Source: Entomortierella parvispora E1425 | Lineage: Eukaryota; Fungi; Mortierellomycota | DNA length: 64,000 nt | Reading direction: 5' to 3' | Assembly (NCBI GenBank): GCA_020891255.1 | Contig: BQFW01000011.1 | Location: forward strand, 1,488,001-1,552,000 | Shown: piece by piece, positions 50,101 through 63,300 of the stretch | Layout: every line of letters starts with the position of its first letter | Position numbering within the stretch: the first letter of the stretch is position 1 | Program-made: the position numbers and the translations under genes | The notes under the pieces: model-generated | The model's input: only the letters and a program-made list of their open reading frames with translations | Told to the model about the DNA's origin: nothing | Databases searched by the model: none

Positions 50101-53100
50101 AGCCCAATCCCTTGGTCGCTGCCTGAACAGAGACCAAGTTGCAGACTGATTCCAACAACCAGGGCAGATCCAAGGCCTCGGGCATGAGCTTCAACTTTCC
50201 AGATTCAATCTTGCTGAAATCCAAAATATCATCAATAACAGCCATGAGCTGGTTACCACTGGACTCGATCGTCTCTGCACAGTCCATCAGATCCGGATCC
50301 AAATCAGACTCCAACAGGATACGGGACATGCCAATGACGGCGTTCATGGGCGTACGGATCTCGTGCGACATGTTGGCCAAAAAGTTGGACTTTGCCAACG
50401 CCGCTGCTTCCGCATGGTTCTTGGCCAGTTTGAGATCCACCAACAGAGCATCTGTTCGAAGACGCTCCTCTTCCAGTTCTGCGGTCCTGGTCTGAAGATG
50501 GGTGGTTCGGGTCCTCACCAACTCTTCCATATCGTTGGCGTATTTTTCCAACAGGGCCGCCATGCCTCCAATCATGTCACCATCAGGACTGATCTGCCTC
50601 AAACGGTTCAAAATGTTGGAGAATGAGGGTCGCAAGAGGGCCTCAGGTTGAAGACACATGCGGATCAAATGGTTCACGGCCGTAATGCTCTCGTCCGAGG
50701 CATCGTCTCTCAAAAAGTCGGGCCGGAGGTTGTCGAATTTGATCCGGTCCAATACATCGGAGGGATCCATCTCCTGGAGTTGCTTGGCATAGGGTGAGGT
50801 CCTGGTCATGATCTCGTTGAAGACAATACCGGCACTGTAAACATCGCCAGATCGACTGGCCTTCTTGTGGAAGACACTGCCTCGGCGCACCAAGTTCTCG
50901 GGCGCAATCCAAAGACCTTCCAGGATTTCCTTGTGGGTCCTGGCCACATGGAATGGGGCATCATGCATCTCGTGCATCTCTTGAGGTTGTTCCATGGTGG
51001 GGGATGGCATCGAGGCAAAGGAGCTGGCATGGCCTGTGCTCTCAGAGCTGACACGCAGTGTTGAAATCCTGGGACCAGTCGTGTTTTCAGTAATGCCGAC
51101 GCTGCTTCCATTAGGGGCAGTGATGGTCAGGGCTGGGGACTGCACATTGGAAGAAGACCGTCCATAGACATTCCGCTGAGTTTCATACAGCCCAGTCAGT
51201 CCATAGCCTCCGACCTTGACCTCCCATCGACTGGTGATCAAACAGTTGCTGGATCGCAAATTTCCATGGAACATGATCTTTGAATCATGCAAAAATTCCA
51301 TGCCACGCGAGATATCGCTCATGAATGAGAGCTTGAACAGCCAGTTAAAGTTCAGATCTGGGTTGGCCAAGACCTCGTTCAAGGTTCCCTTGGAGCAATG
51401 CTCATAGACGAGACAGATATCGGGAGGCTGAAGACACACACCGACGAGCTCCACCAGTTTGGGATGCCTCAACTCCATGACATCCATGATCTCTACTCTT
51501 AATTTCCGGGTGAGGTTGACCTTGGATCCTCCAATGCGGCGGACAAAGACGGGCAGGTTGCGGTACACTCCAATGGCGTTGCCAGATTCGTTCATGGGCT
51601 GGATCCCATGCGTGCCCCCGACAAAGGTCGAATGGCTGCGATTGAATCTTCCCGTGGGTCTTCCATGCTTCTTGACACGGCTGCCCCTGGCGACCATGCC
51701 CTTCTCCAGCTCAGAATCTTGCTCATCACGATCGGGCCCCAGTCCCGAATCCGAGTCTTGGTACTCTCCCATCAGTCGCTTGTAATCGAGCTGCCACGAG
51801 TCATCATACAATCGACGATGACGATTCCGGGTGCGGAGATAATACATGAGAAGACACGCGACCAGCGTGGCCAGGCAAACAAGACCGATGGGCAGGAAAA
51901 TTGCCAAGGTGTTGTTGGTGGTTTGTTGCTTTTGCAAAAAGTAATCCTGACAGGCGCCATTGTTGCTGGGGTAGTCGTCACAGTTCAAACAAGATATGGA
52001 TCCTGTCTGGTTGGTAAAGGTACCAAAGGGGCAGTCCTTGCATTCCAGACTGTTGTAGGTGTCACTGTAGGTATTCAGACTGCAGGGTTGACAGTAAGGA
52101 CGGCCCACGTGGAGTCCACTGGGAAGTCTGCAGTACAACGAGGCTGTGCGGTCCCTCTCCATGGAAAACTTTTGACCGCGATCACAGACATAGTCCACTT
52201 GAGAGGGTCCTGTGGCAATAAAGTTCCATGTCTTGTCCTGAAGCACAGTCGAAAACGCAAGCTCAAAGACAGACATGAATCCGTTCAAGTAGGACTGCTG
52301 TGACCACACCTTCTTGACTTTGCCTGCCACATAGTCTGTCAGGGCAGTAGAGGATCGCCCTGTAGTAGTGATGAGCACATTGGGGTCAATGATGTCCAAT
52401 GAGACCATGTACTTGACAGAATCAAAGAGTACTGTCGAGGTGGCGTGGATACTGTCGAATTTGTAAATGCTTTCCAGTTCCACCAAGACACGAGGCAAGG
52501 CCGAAAGGTCGGCATTGTTTAGTCGAACGCAAAAGGTATCAAAACCTGGCAGGGATCCAGCCCCACCCATCATTTGCATACGGTCGTACAGTCCTTTGCA
52601 CATCAGCATTTGCTGGTCTGGCTCGTCGCTTTGGACCACGCAAATGGGATGCTTGTATCCAGACGAGAGAATCGCGTCCGCATACTGGTTGCCTGCCTCA
52701 TATCCGTTCTCTCCAACCCAGGACAGGTGCTGATAGTCTGTCCAGTTATAAGTCGATCCAATGCCGACAATAGGAATGGGCAGCACCTCCTCCAAAGTGT
52801 GATTCCAGGGGGGAAGCTGTTGACAATTGTAAACCATTCCGGGTGTCTTGTGAGAATCGTCGCATCCAGCCTGCATTGTCTTGTTGGATGCTTCTGTGCG
52901 GTTCTTGACATCCATAAGAGTTTTGTTGAGAGCGTAGTAAATGTGGGAGGCATGGGTGTTGCTCATGATGAGACCTTGAGTCGAAGACCTCTGCAGAGCA
53001 TGATCGACGCTAGATTGGACATCATCTGGCGTTGGGTTGCTATAGCGATACTCTTCCATGGTCCAGTTGAGAAACATGGCTGCGTCCCGAGCTCCAAGGG

Positions 53101-54775
53101 ACAATGCATTCCAATGGTTGTTGGAAGGGGTACTATTTAAAGAAAGAATGTAAATGTTAGCTTCATACATAAGAGAAAGTTCACCCATTTGTTATTTTGC
53201 GCTCAACTTGCCTTCCAGTAATGACACTAAACGATTGAGATAAGTCCAAAAAGTCGGCAGCATTCCACATTTCCTGCGCCATCATATCTTTGGCATTATG
53301 AGCCGTCACCAGCTTTGGTCCAGTCATAATGTGATTCTGGTTGACTCTTTCGCCCAAGTTCAGCTATATCTCGATCATAAAAGAAGGTACATTAGTAAAA
53401 AGCGATTATTATATAACATATAAATAGTCAAGCGCTGAGAAGTTACAACGGCCATTCTGGCCTTACCTGAACATAGAGAAGCAGAATGGGAATGAGGGTC
53501 TGCATATAGGGCAGGCTGGAGATAGCATAGTTCAGGGACTGGCTCTCGATCGGCTTCAACATCGTGGGTCCAAAGTCAAACGCTGCATATATGAAAGACC
53601 GACTGTCGTTCAAGGTCATGGACACTTGAGCATGGTTCTCAGTGAAGGCGGATGCTGTCAAGTAGACAATTCCAGTGACGCTCTTCATGTCCTTGATAAT
53701 GTCAGCTAAATTTTGAGCGATGGTTGGCATGGTGGTGTTGCGGGGTTTGTCCGTGTAGATGACTCGTTGAGTGATGTTGTTCGGTACTGAGATGCCCGCA
53801 TCTTGGAATGCCTGCATGACGCCACGACAACGGACCAAAAGTGTTGGGATCTTGACATTTCCATTGATACAAACAAAGTCTCTAACGCCTAGCCAGTGAA
53901 AAGGATGATTGGCACGTTAGCTAAAAAGAGTCCATTGCTCTCAGAGGAAAAGCTAGGGGGGAGGCTTACCATCGTGGACAAGTTGCTGTCCTATGAGTTT
54001 TCCAGACTCGAATTCGTCTGGCATGACGGCCAAGATGCCCAGCTCATTGGCAGCCTCCAGTCCAGTGTAGACAGCCACGACAGGGATTCCACTGTCACGA
54101 GCCATGATCAAAGGTTCCCTCAGAGCTTCAAAGTCGGGGATGGATACGATAAGGGCATCGACTGGGTATTTGATTGCATTGTAGATGGATGCGCTCATGC
54201 GTGCGGCGTCGTATTCGAGTCCCGAGAGTTCGTCCGAAATGAGAAAGGAAGGAGGCAAGAAAGATTTTGCGTCCAGTTTGCTGACTTCGCCCATGGGGGA
54301 GGTGGCTGCATTGTTGTTGTGTGTGAGAGAGGTGAAAGACAAGGGAGTTAGTAAGGAGTGAACGCAGTGAAGGAGGATGATCTGCAAGGACGATCCACAC
54401 AAGGGAGAGACTGAAGAGAAGAAGAGGAGGGATGATCGACATTGTCGGGGAGTGGTCCGTGGTTCCTGAGGAAGGACAAATAAATAAAAGGAGAGGGGGC
54501 TCTCTGACAAAATGCATGCTAATGCTATTCCTGAACTTACAGTGTGTAACCACAGAGACCCGGAACTGGCGCTGCTCCTCGGTACAGTCGGGCCAGACGT
54601 AGGGGGTGCCGGTCATGTTGGTAAACCCGGGGCTGATGGGGTAGACGGGGGTGGGCAGGGGGATGGGCTCGACGGGGACGATGTTGGTGGGAAGGCTGGG
54701 CAGGTTAGATTGGGCCATGGTGGACGAGGCGAAGAAGAGGAGCACCAGCACTGCAGCATGGCCCAGGGGGAGCAT
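47103..54775 (-). CDS. Receptor-type hybrid histidine kinase: periplasmic-binding-like ectodomain, Cys-rich repeat, TM, pseudokinase, HisKA, HATPase_c and receiver (~2355 aa)
   Basis: complement(join(47103..49379,49487..53132,53212..53363,53467..53888,53970..54305,54541..54775)) = 7068 nt in frame, with one GC-AG intron. H-box [19 protein letters not shown]-box [15 protein letters not shown] boxes DTGVGI and GGTGLGLAI, receiver [12 protein letters not shown]...VFMDIWMP. An alternative start is ATG 54835. Confidence 0.9.
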
Positions 54776-55044
54776 GCTCAGTCGGGTAAGCGGGGCCAGC
54801 TGAGCAGCTATGGATGCAAAGCCGATGCCCCTCATTCTGGAAGAGGCAGCAATGTGAATGATTTGTTTTCTGTTTGAGTCGTCCAGGTCAGCAAGAAGGT
54901 AGTCTGTTGAACCCAATGAGTGGAGGAGGGGAGTGAAGGAGAGAGGAAAGAAGGAAGGAGGGAATGCAGACAAGGATCACAGATGTATATGCAAGGAGGG
55001 AGTGAATGAGAGTGAAGTGGGTGAATTGAATGATTGAATGAGGG

Positions 55045-55092
55045 AGTGCGAGTGAATGAGGGAGTGAATGAGGGAGTGAATGAGGGAGTGAA
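55045..55092. repeat. 12-bp minisatellite (GTGAATGAGGGA)n
   Basis: About 4 tandem copies in the GA-rich upstream region of the histidine kinase. Confidence 0.7.
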
Positions 55093-56809
55093 TGTGAATC
55101 AATGCAAAGTGTGCCAAATGGACGTGAAAGGTGTGAGAAACAGAGAAGACAGTCGGACAGAGACAGCAAGAGACAGGGCGTACAAACAACAGAGAGAGAG
55201 AGAGGAGAGAGAGACGGTACATCAAACGAGTGGACAGTGGATGGACAGGAAATGAACAGACTTTGGCACTAGAGGAGAGACAAATTGCCAGGAATAGCTG
55301 CTGGGCGGCCTGGCTTGATCTGGGTGAAAAGAGGTTTGAGAGGATGACGCCCGTTGTGTGTGTGTGTGTGTGTGTGTGGTGAGTCGTGCCTGATGACGAA
55401 GCAAGGAGAAGAGAGGCCGGACGGGGCTTGATTTGCCAGGAACGGAGAGTGAGTCGAACGGAACCATGTCCAGACGATGAAGGCGAGACTCATGGGCCAG
55501 GTTTCTCTTTTTATTTCATTTCTTCTTTTTTTTTTTGACCTCTTTCTTTGTCTTGTTTCTTTTGTCTCTTCTCTCGGATCTCCCCTTGCCGGGATCGTCG
55601 TTGGGTGCGTCACGCCCTGCATGTGCGCCCAATCTCCAGGAACACCCACAATCGCAGACACGCGACGTGCGCCTCGGTCGTCCAACCTAGGGAAAAAAAA
55701 TCTCCCCATTTCCAATGAGCTCGCGTGTCCTGCATGACACTTTTTATCCGTCCACATGGTCAAACAGACCAGGACAGTCGAGGACCCCACATCGCATAAC
55801 CACAGGGACGACCGAGAAGGAGGGGGCCCTGTTCCTATGGTGACTAGGTTGTTCCTCCTCTCCTTTCTCATCTCTTCATATAACCCATCATATATCCCTT
55901 TACAAAATGTCTCCCTCTCTCCATCCACCCGGGCTCTCATCTTGAAGGAAAAAAAAGAATAAATAAAAGAAAGACATCCATTATCTCATCCAGCTTGGTT
56001 CACTCTCCAGCAGGGATGCTGAAAATATGCAATGGGGGACTCTCTGTCCTCCTTTCTCCACTCTATCTGCCTTCTGAATCATGCACCATGTGCTCATTAT
56101 TGCTGTCCTTTGCATTTGTACCGAGGGTCAAAGCCAGATCCCGTGTTATCTCGCTCTCGATCACTCGGACTTGTCTCTACTCGAACCCGTGGCATGGACC
56201 CTCTCTCCTCTCCTAGATGGAGGAGGCCCCTTGTCCCTTCCCGCACCCCTGAGCTGCCTTGTCCAATCTACAACTACGGCTTGTTCTTGCCACTGGCGCG
56301 TTACAGTCCTGGACTAAAAAGTCCATTGGCAAATCCGTTACTCCAGACACGCACCACATTCGATTGTCGGTCATCTAAGTCTCCTTTTGCCTTTAACCCT
56401 CCTCTCTCTCTCCAGCACGCCCTTTGTCCAACCTTCAATTGAGAGCCCTTGTCTCTGAAATCCGGGGACTTATCTCCACTCGAGCTCAGACAGCCACAAA
56501 CAGCGCACAACACCACCAGGGGTCTGTTCGCTTACCGGGAAACCCGTAAAGCCCACATCTCGTCAGAAGTGGTGAACCCTTCTCTTTTCTCAAAACTGGA
56601 TTCTCTTTTCCGGTTCGTTCGTATTAAATTGGCACCTCTAAAATTGGCAGGATGGAAGCATTCCCGCCTTTCTTTATCCTTTGACCCTCAGCCAAAAGGC
56701 TCCATACCCAGGAGGGGGCGGGTTGCCGCCAAAGACATGTACGCCCAACAGTGTTCCTGGGCGCTCAGTACCTTCTTTGCTCGCGCGCTTGCTCCCTCTC
56801 TTTCTTTGA

Positions 56810-56817
56810 TATAAAAA
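56810..56817 (+). promoter_or_regulatory. Candidate TATA box of the AA11-like gene
   Basis: TATAAAAA about 330 bp upstream of ATG 57140. Confidence 0.35.
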
Positions 56818-57139
56818 GCAACTCACTCCATCGGCCCGTCCCTCTTTTTTCTTCTTTTCTCTCTCTTGTCCCGCTCTCATTGCCTTGTCAAAGCTCACAT
56901 ACTTTGTCATCAAAACCCCTTCCCCCCCCCTTCCTCCTCCATCTCTTCGCGCGTACTTGTGCGTTGACGTTCCTGTACTTCAATTAAAATCCTCATCAAC
57001 CTCATTTGCCACCCAATCTCCCACCAACCGTCCCCCTCACCTTTTTTCACGACCCCCCCCCCCCCCAATTTCCCAACGTCTGTCCATCCTCCTCGTCCTC
57101 TTTCATTCACTCATCATCCTCATTATCATCATCAGCATC

Positions 57140-58469
57140 ATGAAGTTCGCCGCTGCTATCCTTCTCCTCATCTCTTACATCGCCATGGCTTCGGCCCATA
57201 TGGCCATGCTTTCGCCCACCCCTCGTGGTGGTTACGGAACCAAACAATACAACGGTCGCATTCACGTATGAACACCACGCCTCCCTTCTCTTTCACTTTC
57301 CCCTCCTCTTCCTCCTCATGCACAATACTCATTGTCCGACCGACCATCATATGAAGCAAAGGATCGCGTCCATAACTTGTCTCCGATTTCTCTTTTTTTT
57401 TTCTTCTTCTAAAACTTCATACTCTTCATCCCCTTTTATCCCACCTTCCTGCGACTTTTAGACCTTTATCGGTTACAAAGACAGCAAGTGGACGATGCGC
57501 TTCCCTTGTGGTGGTTACTCGCCCGGCCCTGTGACCAACATGCGCGCCGGTCAGACCGTCAACGTTCGCTTCTATGCCTCCGGCATGAAGAACAACCACA
57601 TCAAGTCCCAGCCAAAGCCTACTAGCTCCAACAAACAGTTCTCGCAGGCCCGTCATGGCGGTGGAATGGTAAGTCATTCAACTCCTCCCTCATTTCCCCC
57701 CCAAAGAACCACGCAAGAATATATTTGTATATGGAGGCTGAGTGACATGAGAGGCCGATAATGGGTCACACGGCCAGCACGAACAAAGCACAATTCCTTC
57801 CCCTGCCACCTCTTTGTTGAGCCCTTTCCTGGTTACCGGGGATATTGCAAACTCACGAAGGCAAAAACCAAAAAAAAAAAAAAAACAGGAAAAAAAAGAG
57901 AGCGCGAAAAAAAGCTGAAGAAGAAGAGACCACACAAACGCAAAATGAGCAGAATAGAGAGTCTGGAACGTGCGCGCTCTGCTCTGCAACCCTCCATCTT
58001 AAACTTAGTAGAGCTATTTTCTCTCTTCTCCAAACTGCAAAGTATTCACCGCCGCCCGCACTCGCTCCTTCTCTTTCTCTCATTGTCTCTCTAGTGCGAG
58101 TTCTCGCTTTCGTACGATGGTGGCAAGACCTTCCACTTGATCGGTCGCTACACCCGAACCTGCCCGGATGCTTACTACCAGTGGCCCGTCAAGATCCCCA
58201 GCAACGTGCCTTCCTGCACCCAAAAGAACCGCTGTCTCTTTGTCTGGTCCTGGACCGCCAACATCTTGCCCCAGTACTACATGAACTGTGCCGATATCCG
58301 TCTCACCTCCTCGGCCAAGAACCCCCGTCGTCCCTCAAAGTCGATCCAAATCGTCGATTTCCAGCCTCGCAAGATGCGCGTTACCGAGCCTGGTGATGGT
58401 AACAAGCACCGCTCTGGTCCCGGCCCCAACAGGAAGGAAGTTTCCAACAACATGAACGGTCGCTACTAA
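57140..58469 (+). CDS. Secreted AA11-like lytic polysaccharide monooxygenase (235 aa)
   Basis: join(57140..57265,57462..57668,58095..58469) = 708 nt. The signal peptide ends directly before His (ASA|HMAMLSPTPR). Motifs FPCGGY, ARHGGGMCEFSLSYDGGKTF and YYMNCADI. Confidence 0.75.
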
Positions 58470-58921
58470 AAGAAAAAAGAGGAAAAAGAGACGGGGGGAC
58501 CCAAATGAGAAGAAGAGAATCTAAAAAGGTCGAAAATAGCTTTACCCTAGCGGCGATTTTCCGAAACGGATGTTTTCTTCTTCCCTTCCTTTCCCCCCGA
58601 ATCCTCCTTTCTCCCTTTCTTTTCAGTCCCCAGCACCTCCAGACCCACTTTTGTGCGCTATGTCTTTTGATAAGAGATAGTCCAGGGGTGTGGTTTTGTT
58701 CAATAAATGGCCATCATTCCGACTCGATTTGTGAGGAATTTAGAAAAAAACTGATCTAGTTCAGTAGTTCAGGGGAGCAATTCTAGCCGCTTTGGCCCCG
58801 TTCAACGGTCATCACATGTTTTGTCCCACGTTTTGAAGTCGCGGCACGCAATTGATCGAGGACACAATGTCGTCTAGTATGTTCATTGTACATTGGATGC
58901 TGGATGTTGTTCTAATGACTC

Positions 58922-60084
58922 TTAATCGTCCCGTCCCACGCGTCGGTTAGACTTCTTTTGTGACTGGAACTGCTTGTTGGCCTTGCGACGGTTGTTTCCT
59001 GCCCGCTTACTATGAAAAGGATGCGAAAGAAAGAGATCTCTGTTAGCGCCAAAGGATAAAAATAAAAAAAATAAAAATGGGACAAATAAAAGGCGTGCTT
59101 CTTACATTCTCTCCAACTTTTCAAGCGTCTCTGCATCGGGCAACTTGGGTAGTTCCGCCATCTGCATCAAGATCTCGTGCAACTTTTCCATGCAGTCTTC
59201 CAAGTTGGCCATCTGTGTCCGTTTCCGATCTGAAGTCAGGACGTATTCTCCACTCTTGTTGATTCGGTTAGATTCCTAAAGAGAGAGGGGGAGGGTTTTA
59301 AAAGTAATCGAGAGATGAGATACCGAGTTTAGTATCTCGAGAGAGGCAGACTCTAGTTGTAAATCAGGGTCCATTTTTTCCGTCTTACCTGGGACTTGAG
59401 GCGATCCCGCACGTATTCTGGCAGCCAAAGAGCTTCATCCACGACAAATCGCATATCCACCTTGGTATTGACTATATAGTTTTGAAAGAAGGCCATCAAA
59501 GTGTATCAGTAAGTAGTTCAACGATCGTTTCTATCAGCTGCACGCAACCTCGTTTAGCCAGAACAAAAAAAAAAAAAAAGAGAGAAAAATGAAGGGAATC
59601 ATCATTTACCCTTGTTGACATTTTGCCCGCCAGGTCCACTAGCACGAACAAAGTTGAGGGTCAAGAGTCCCTTGGGGATCGAATCCTTGGTAAACGATTG
59701 ACTCCACTGCTCGACTTTGGCCCGATCCTTCATCGTCATGCCGTTCTCGTCCACAAATTCCTCTTCTTGACTGTCAACTTCGAGCCCGTAACCGCTATCT
59801 CTCCGACTGCCAAAGAACCGAGTTTGTCCCAGACTGGAGACTGCAGAGGTCAGAACACGCTGCCCATTTAAAGTGGCCGGCGTGAGAGAAGGGGAGGTAA
59901 AGGACAAGGACAAGGCAGATCGGGTGGAAAGAACTGTCCGGTGTGTAGAAGTGGAAAAGTGAAGCGCCCGCAAGGTCGACGACGTGGCAGCTGTAAAGTG
60001 ATCAGGTGTCCGCCATGAGGCTGGTGCGAATGTCCTTGAAGCATAGCATGTCCTTGAGCATGCGCGGATGAATGGTGTTGCCAT
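58922..60084 (-). CDS. ICT1: Mitochondrial peptidyl-tRNA hydrolase, ICT1/Pth4 (RF-1 GGQ family; 271 aa)
   Basis: complement(join(58922..59009,59106..59275,59389..59471,59610..60084)) = 816 nt. FVRASGPGGQNVNKVNTKVDMRF, a basic C-terminal tail and an Arg/Ser-rich targeting peptide. Confidence 0.9.
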
Positions 60085-60377
60085 GGTCCAGTTTCCTGTT
60101 CTGTTGAATGGTGGGGAAGAAAAGAGAAGGTGATCTCCGACCTCTAGAGCCAGTAAATAAAAAATGTGACTGTCCCCCGATGAATGCTTGGTGAAATAAT
60201 GAAATTCGACTTTTCTGTATTTTATTGTACATTTGTCGCTGCAGAAAGAGGCAGCGATGAGAAATGAAAGATGAAAGATGATATGAATGAAAGGGGGTGA
60301 AGGGCCAACAAGTAAATACGAGGCGAGGGTCGGCTCGTCTCCGAACGCTGAGAGTAATATGCGTCTTGATTCTTTTG

Positions 60378-63300
60378 TTATTCTAACCGGTAGTCCTCCT
60401 GGCTTCCTCGGCCGGTCTGCAGCCGCTGACTCCTCCGGAACCGTGTCCGTCCCGCGATCTGGTCATCGTCAGCAAGACTGCCGTAGCTGTTGAGGACACT
60501 GCTGCTACTTCCGCTGGCATCCTGCTCATGGCTGTTATAACTGAGGTGGTGACTCAAGGCTGTTCCCTCTGGAAAGAAACTGTTCCGACTAGGCGCTTTG
60601 CCCAAGCTTCGAGGCGTCTTGATCACCTCCTCGGCATCCGACGATTCATGGGGTGCATCAACTTGCTCACCCTCCTCAACTCGCCACGACCAGCGTGCGC
60701 TCCTTGCCAAAAGAGGAGCCGCCTCTGGTTCCTCTGCTTTTTCAGCCATCTCGACCATCTCAGTGGCTTCGTCATCCTCAACATCAGTCTCCGTGGATTC
60801 CAGAGCATCAGCGACCTCGTCCATAGTAGAGGTTGCTGCGGTTGAGGTGGTTGCTACTACCTGCGCCTGTGCCTCCGTCGTGTCATCGTCCATGTTATGG
60901 AGCAGGCTTCCAGTCAGATACAGTTGCTCGCGCACAGAGATTGTCCATCCCCGGAACAAGACCAGACTCTCCTCCACAAAGAGCGTGGCCAAGAGCGACG
61001 CCAAGGCAGCGGGATAGGCCAACTTGAACGCCTGTGTTCTGCTAGTGTTTTCCCATCCCATGGCCTTTGTGAGGGTCCAGGCGATGGCTGCAGGGGCTGT
61101 GAATGCAACCAGACTTCCGACCAGTCCAGGCAACAAAAGATGTTTGGTCGCCAGTGCTACATTCCAGCGCGTAATGTTGAGCCCAGTAAAGACACTGTTA
61201 AGGCGCATTGACATGGCGCTGTTGGGGAAAGCACCAGTTGTGGTCCTGTAAAAGAGCATCATGTAGAGGAATCCTGTGGCCCAACTCTACAAGTGACAAG
61301 AATGAATGAATGAACGAACGAGTTAATATCATGACAACATCTTGTCCAGAACAATGCAATCTGCACCAGACATTACCAATGAGAGAATAAGAGAGTTGTC
61401 AGAGCCAAAGGCAGCCTTCAAAGGAACAGTCAAGAACAATTCTGCGAGCAAGCCCATCAGGAGAGGAGTGATCACACCAAGGAAGATGGCAAAGTAGAGG
61501 ACAGTAGCGCAGTCCTTGATAAACTTCCTGGCCATGTCGACAATCACAGGAGATTCAACTACGGGCCATCCCTCGGTCGAATAAATGTGTGATTTGACAA
61601 TGATCCAGTCCTGGATGTACCAAAGACTGTTGATGAGATAGGCACCAACAACGAACGAGTACACATCATGGACATCTGTCTGCGCGATAATCGCAAAGAT
61701 GCTTCTTCCCATCAGCACTATCAAGTATGGAAGCAAAGCAACATGTAAGTATCAATCTCAATGATTCACCATTCATAATAATACTATAGGTTACACTTAC
61801 AAGGAGTAACAATGGCCAGGGCCAGGAAACTGAGCGACGACGTCCAGATCAAGAACACGAACGAAATAAGTCGAAGCTTGAATCGAGGTGGCGCGTAGAT
61901 GACGACAGTGTTCTCCTTGGGATCCACAAGATGAGAGGGTTCTCTTGGTCGAGCCATCATCTCCATCAAAGGGTCGATTTCTGCTGGGATATCTTCCTTG
62001 GGATCCAAGGCCCTTCCTTGATCATCCAGAGGGACAAGAACACGGCGATTCTTCAAGTGCACAACCCGGTGTGTGTTGGGAACTCTGTAGAGTCCTCCAT
62101 CCTTGACAAAAATGGCGGGAGCTTCAATATCCAGTTCCTCGCCACTGCCAACAGTTCCGTTCTGACCTTCAAGGCCGGGGATCGGGGGTTGACTGCGCCA
62201 GAACCACGCTTCCCAAGTACGATAGACAATGTGACCCTCTTCCTCTGGGTACCGCTCGCCATCCTTTCCATACATGAATGAGCTGAGTCGAAGCCACTGG
62301 GAGAGTTTACGCCACCAACCCACGAACAAGACTTTGAATCGGTCGGAGGGGTCCAACCAGGTCAGCGTCATGGGAACCGCCAAATAAAAGACGAGCATAT
62401 CCACAGGAAGATCAGAAAGAGGTTCACTAAATACGTGTGAAAAAGTAGGTGGTTAGCTCTACAGACGTTCAGAATGAACTAAAATATGCGAATAACAATA
62501 CACGCCACAACTTACAGAACTGTCCATCGAAGGGGCAAGACGCCGCTCATCAAGTAGTAAATGGCCTGAGTGATCATACTGATGCCAACAAGAATAAGAG
62601 TCATGTACATCAAGGCTCCCACTCCAAGTTTGCGAAGCTGCATCAGAACGGGTCTCTCGATTATCTCTCGAACGGGACTGAAGCCTTCGTCATTGGGATC
62701 GCGAATAAGCCACATCACGCCTGGTCGCACAACGCCTCTGCAGATACTGACAAACAAAGCAAAGCTGAACATGAAGGCAGTTCCGACGAGCCAGTGCATG
62801 AGCAAGGACCATTTTGGTGATTCCTGATAAAATGCCCAGCGAGATGCAAGTGTCGCGTCAGGAAGAATGGGAAGTGTCGTAACGCCAATGACAATTCCAC
62901 AGAACAATGGGAAAACAACCATCTCGATAGCTACAAAGAAGGCAATCTATGATATGATGGATCTAGTTAGTAAATGAGGTAGAGTTGCAGCCATAGCAAC
63001 CCAACAACAACGATAAGTTCACCCTGACTTGCCTTCAAGATCAATCCCTGCTGTCGGAGGAAATCCTGGATGATTCGACCCACTGTCCAGATATGAGAGG
63101 GTTGGGGTCGCCTAACATACCACGAGGCCAAAGCAAAAAGCAAAAAGTATCCTACAGCGATGGCCAAATACTTGTCATTCGAAGACGGTCCGTACGCCAA
63201 TGAGCTCCATTTGGACATCAGGTCCTGGTAAGTGGCGCCGATATAGGTAGAGTTGTCAAACAAAAGACCAGATACATCTGCGGCGGTTCCATTCATGACT

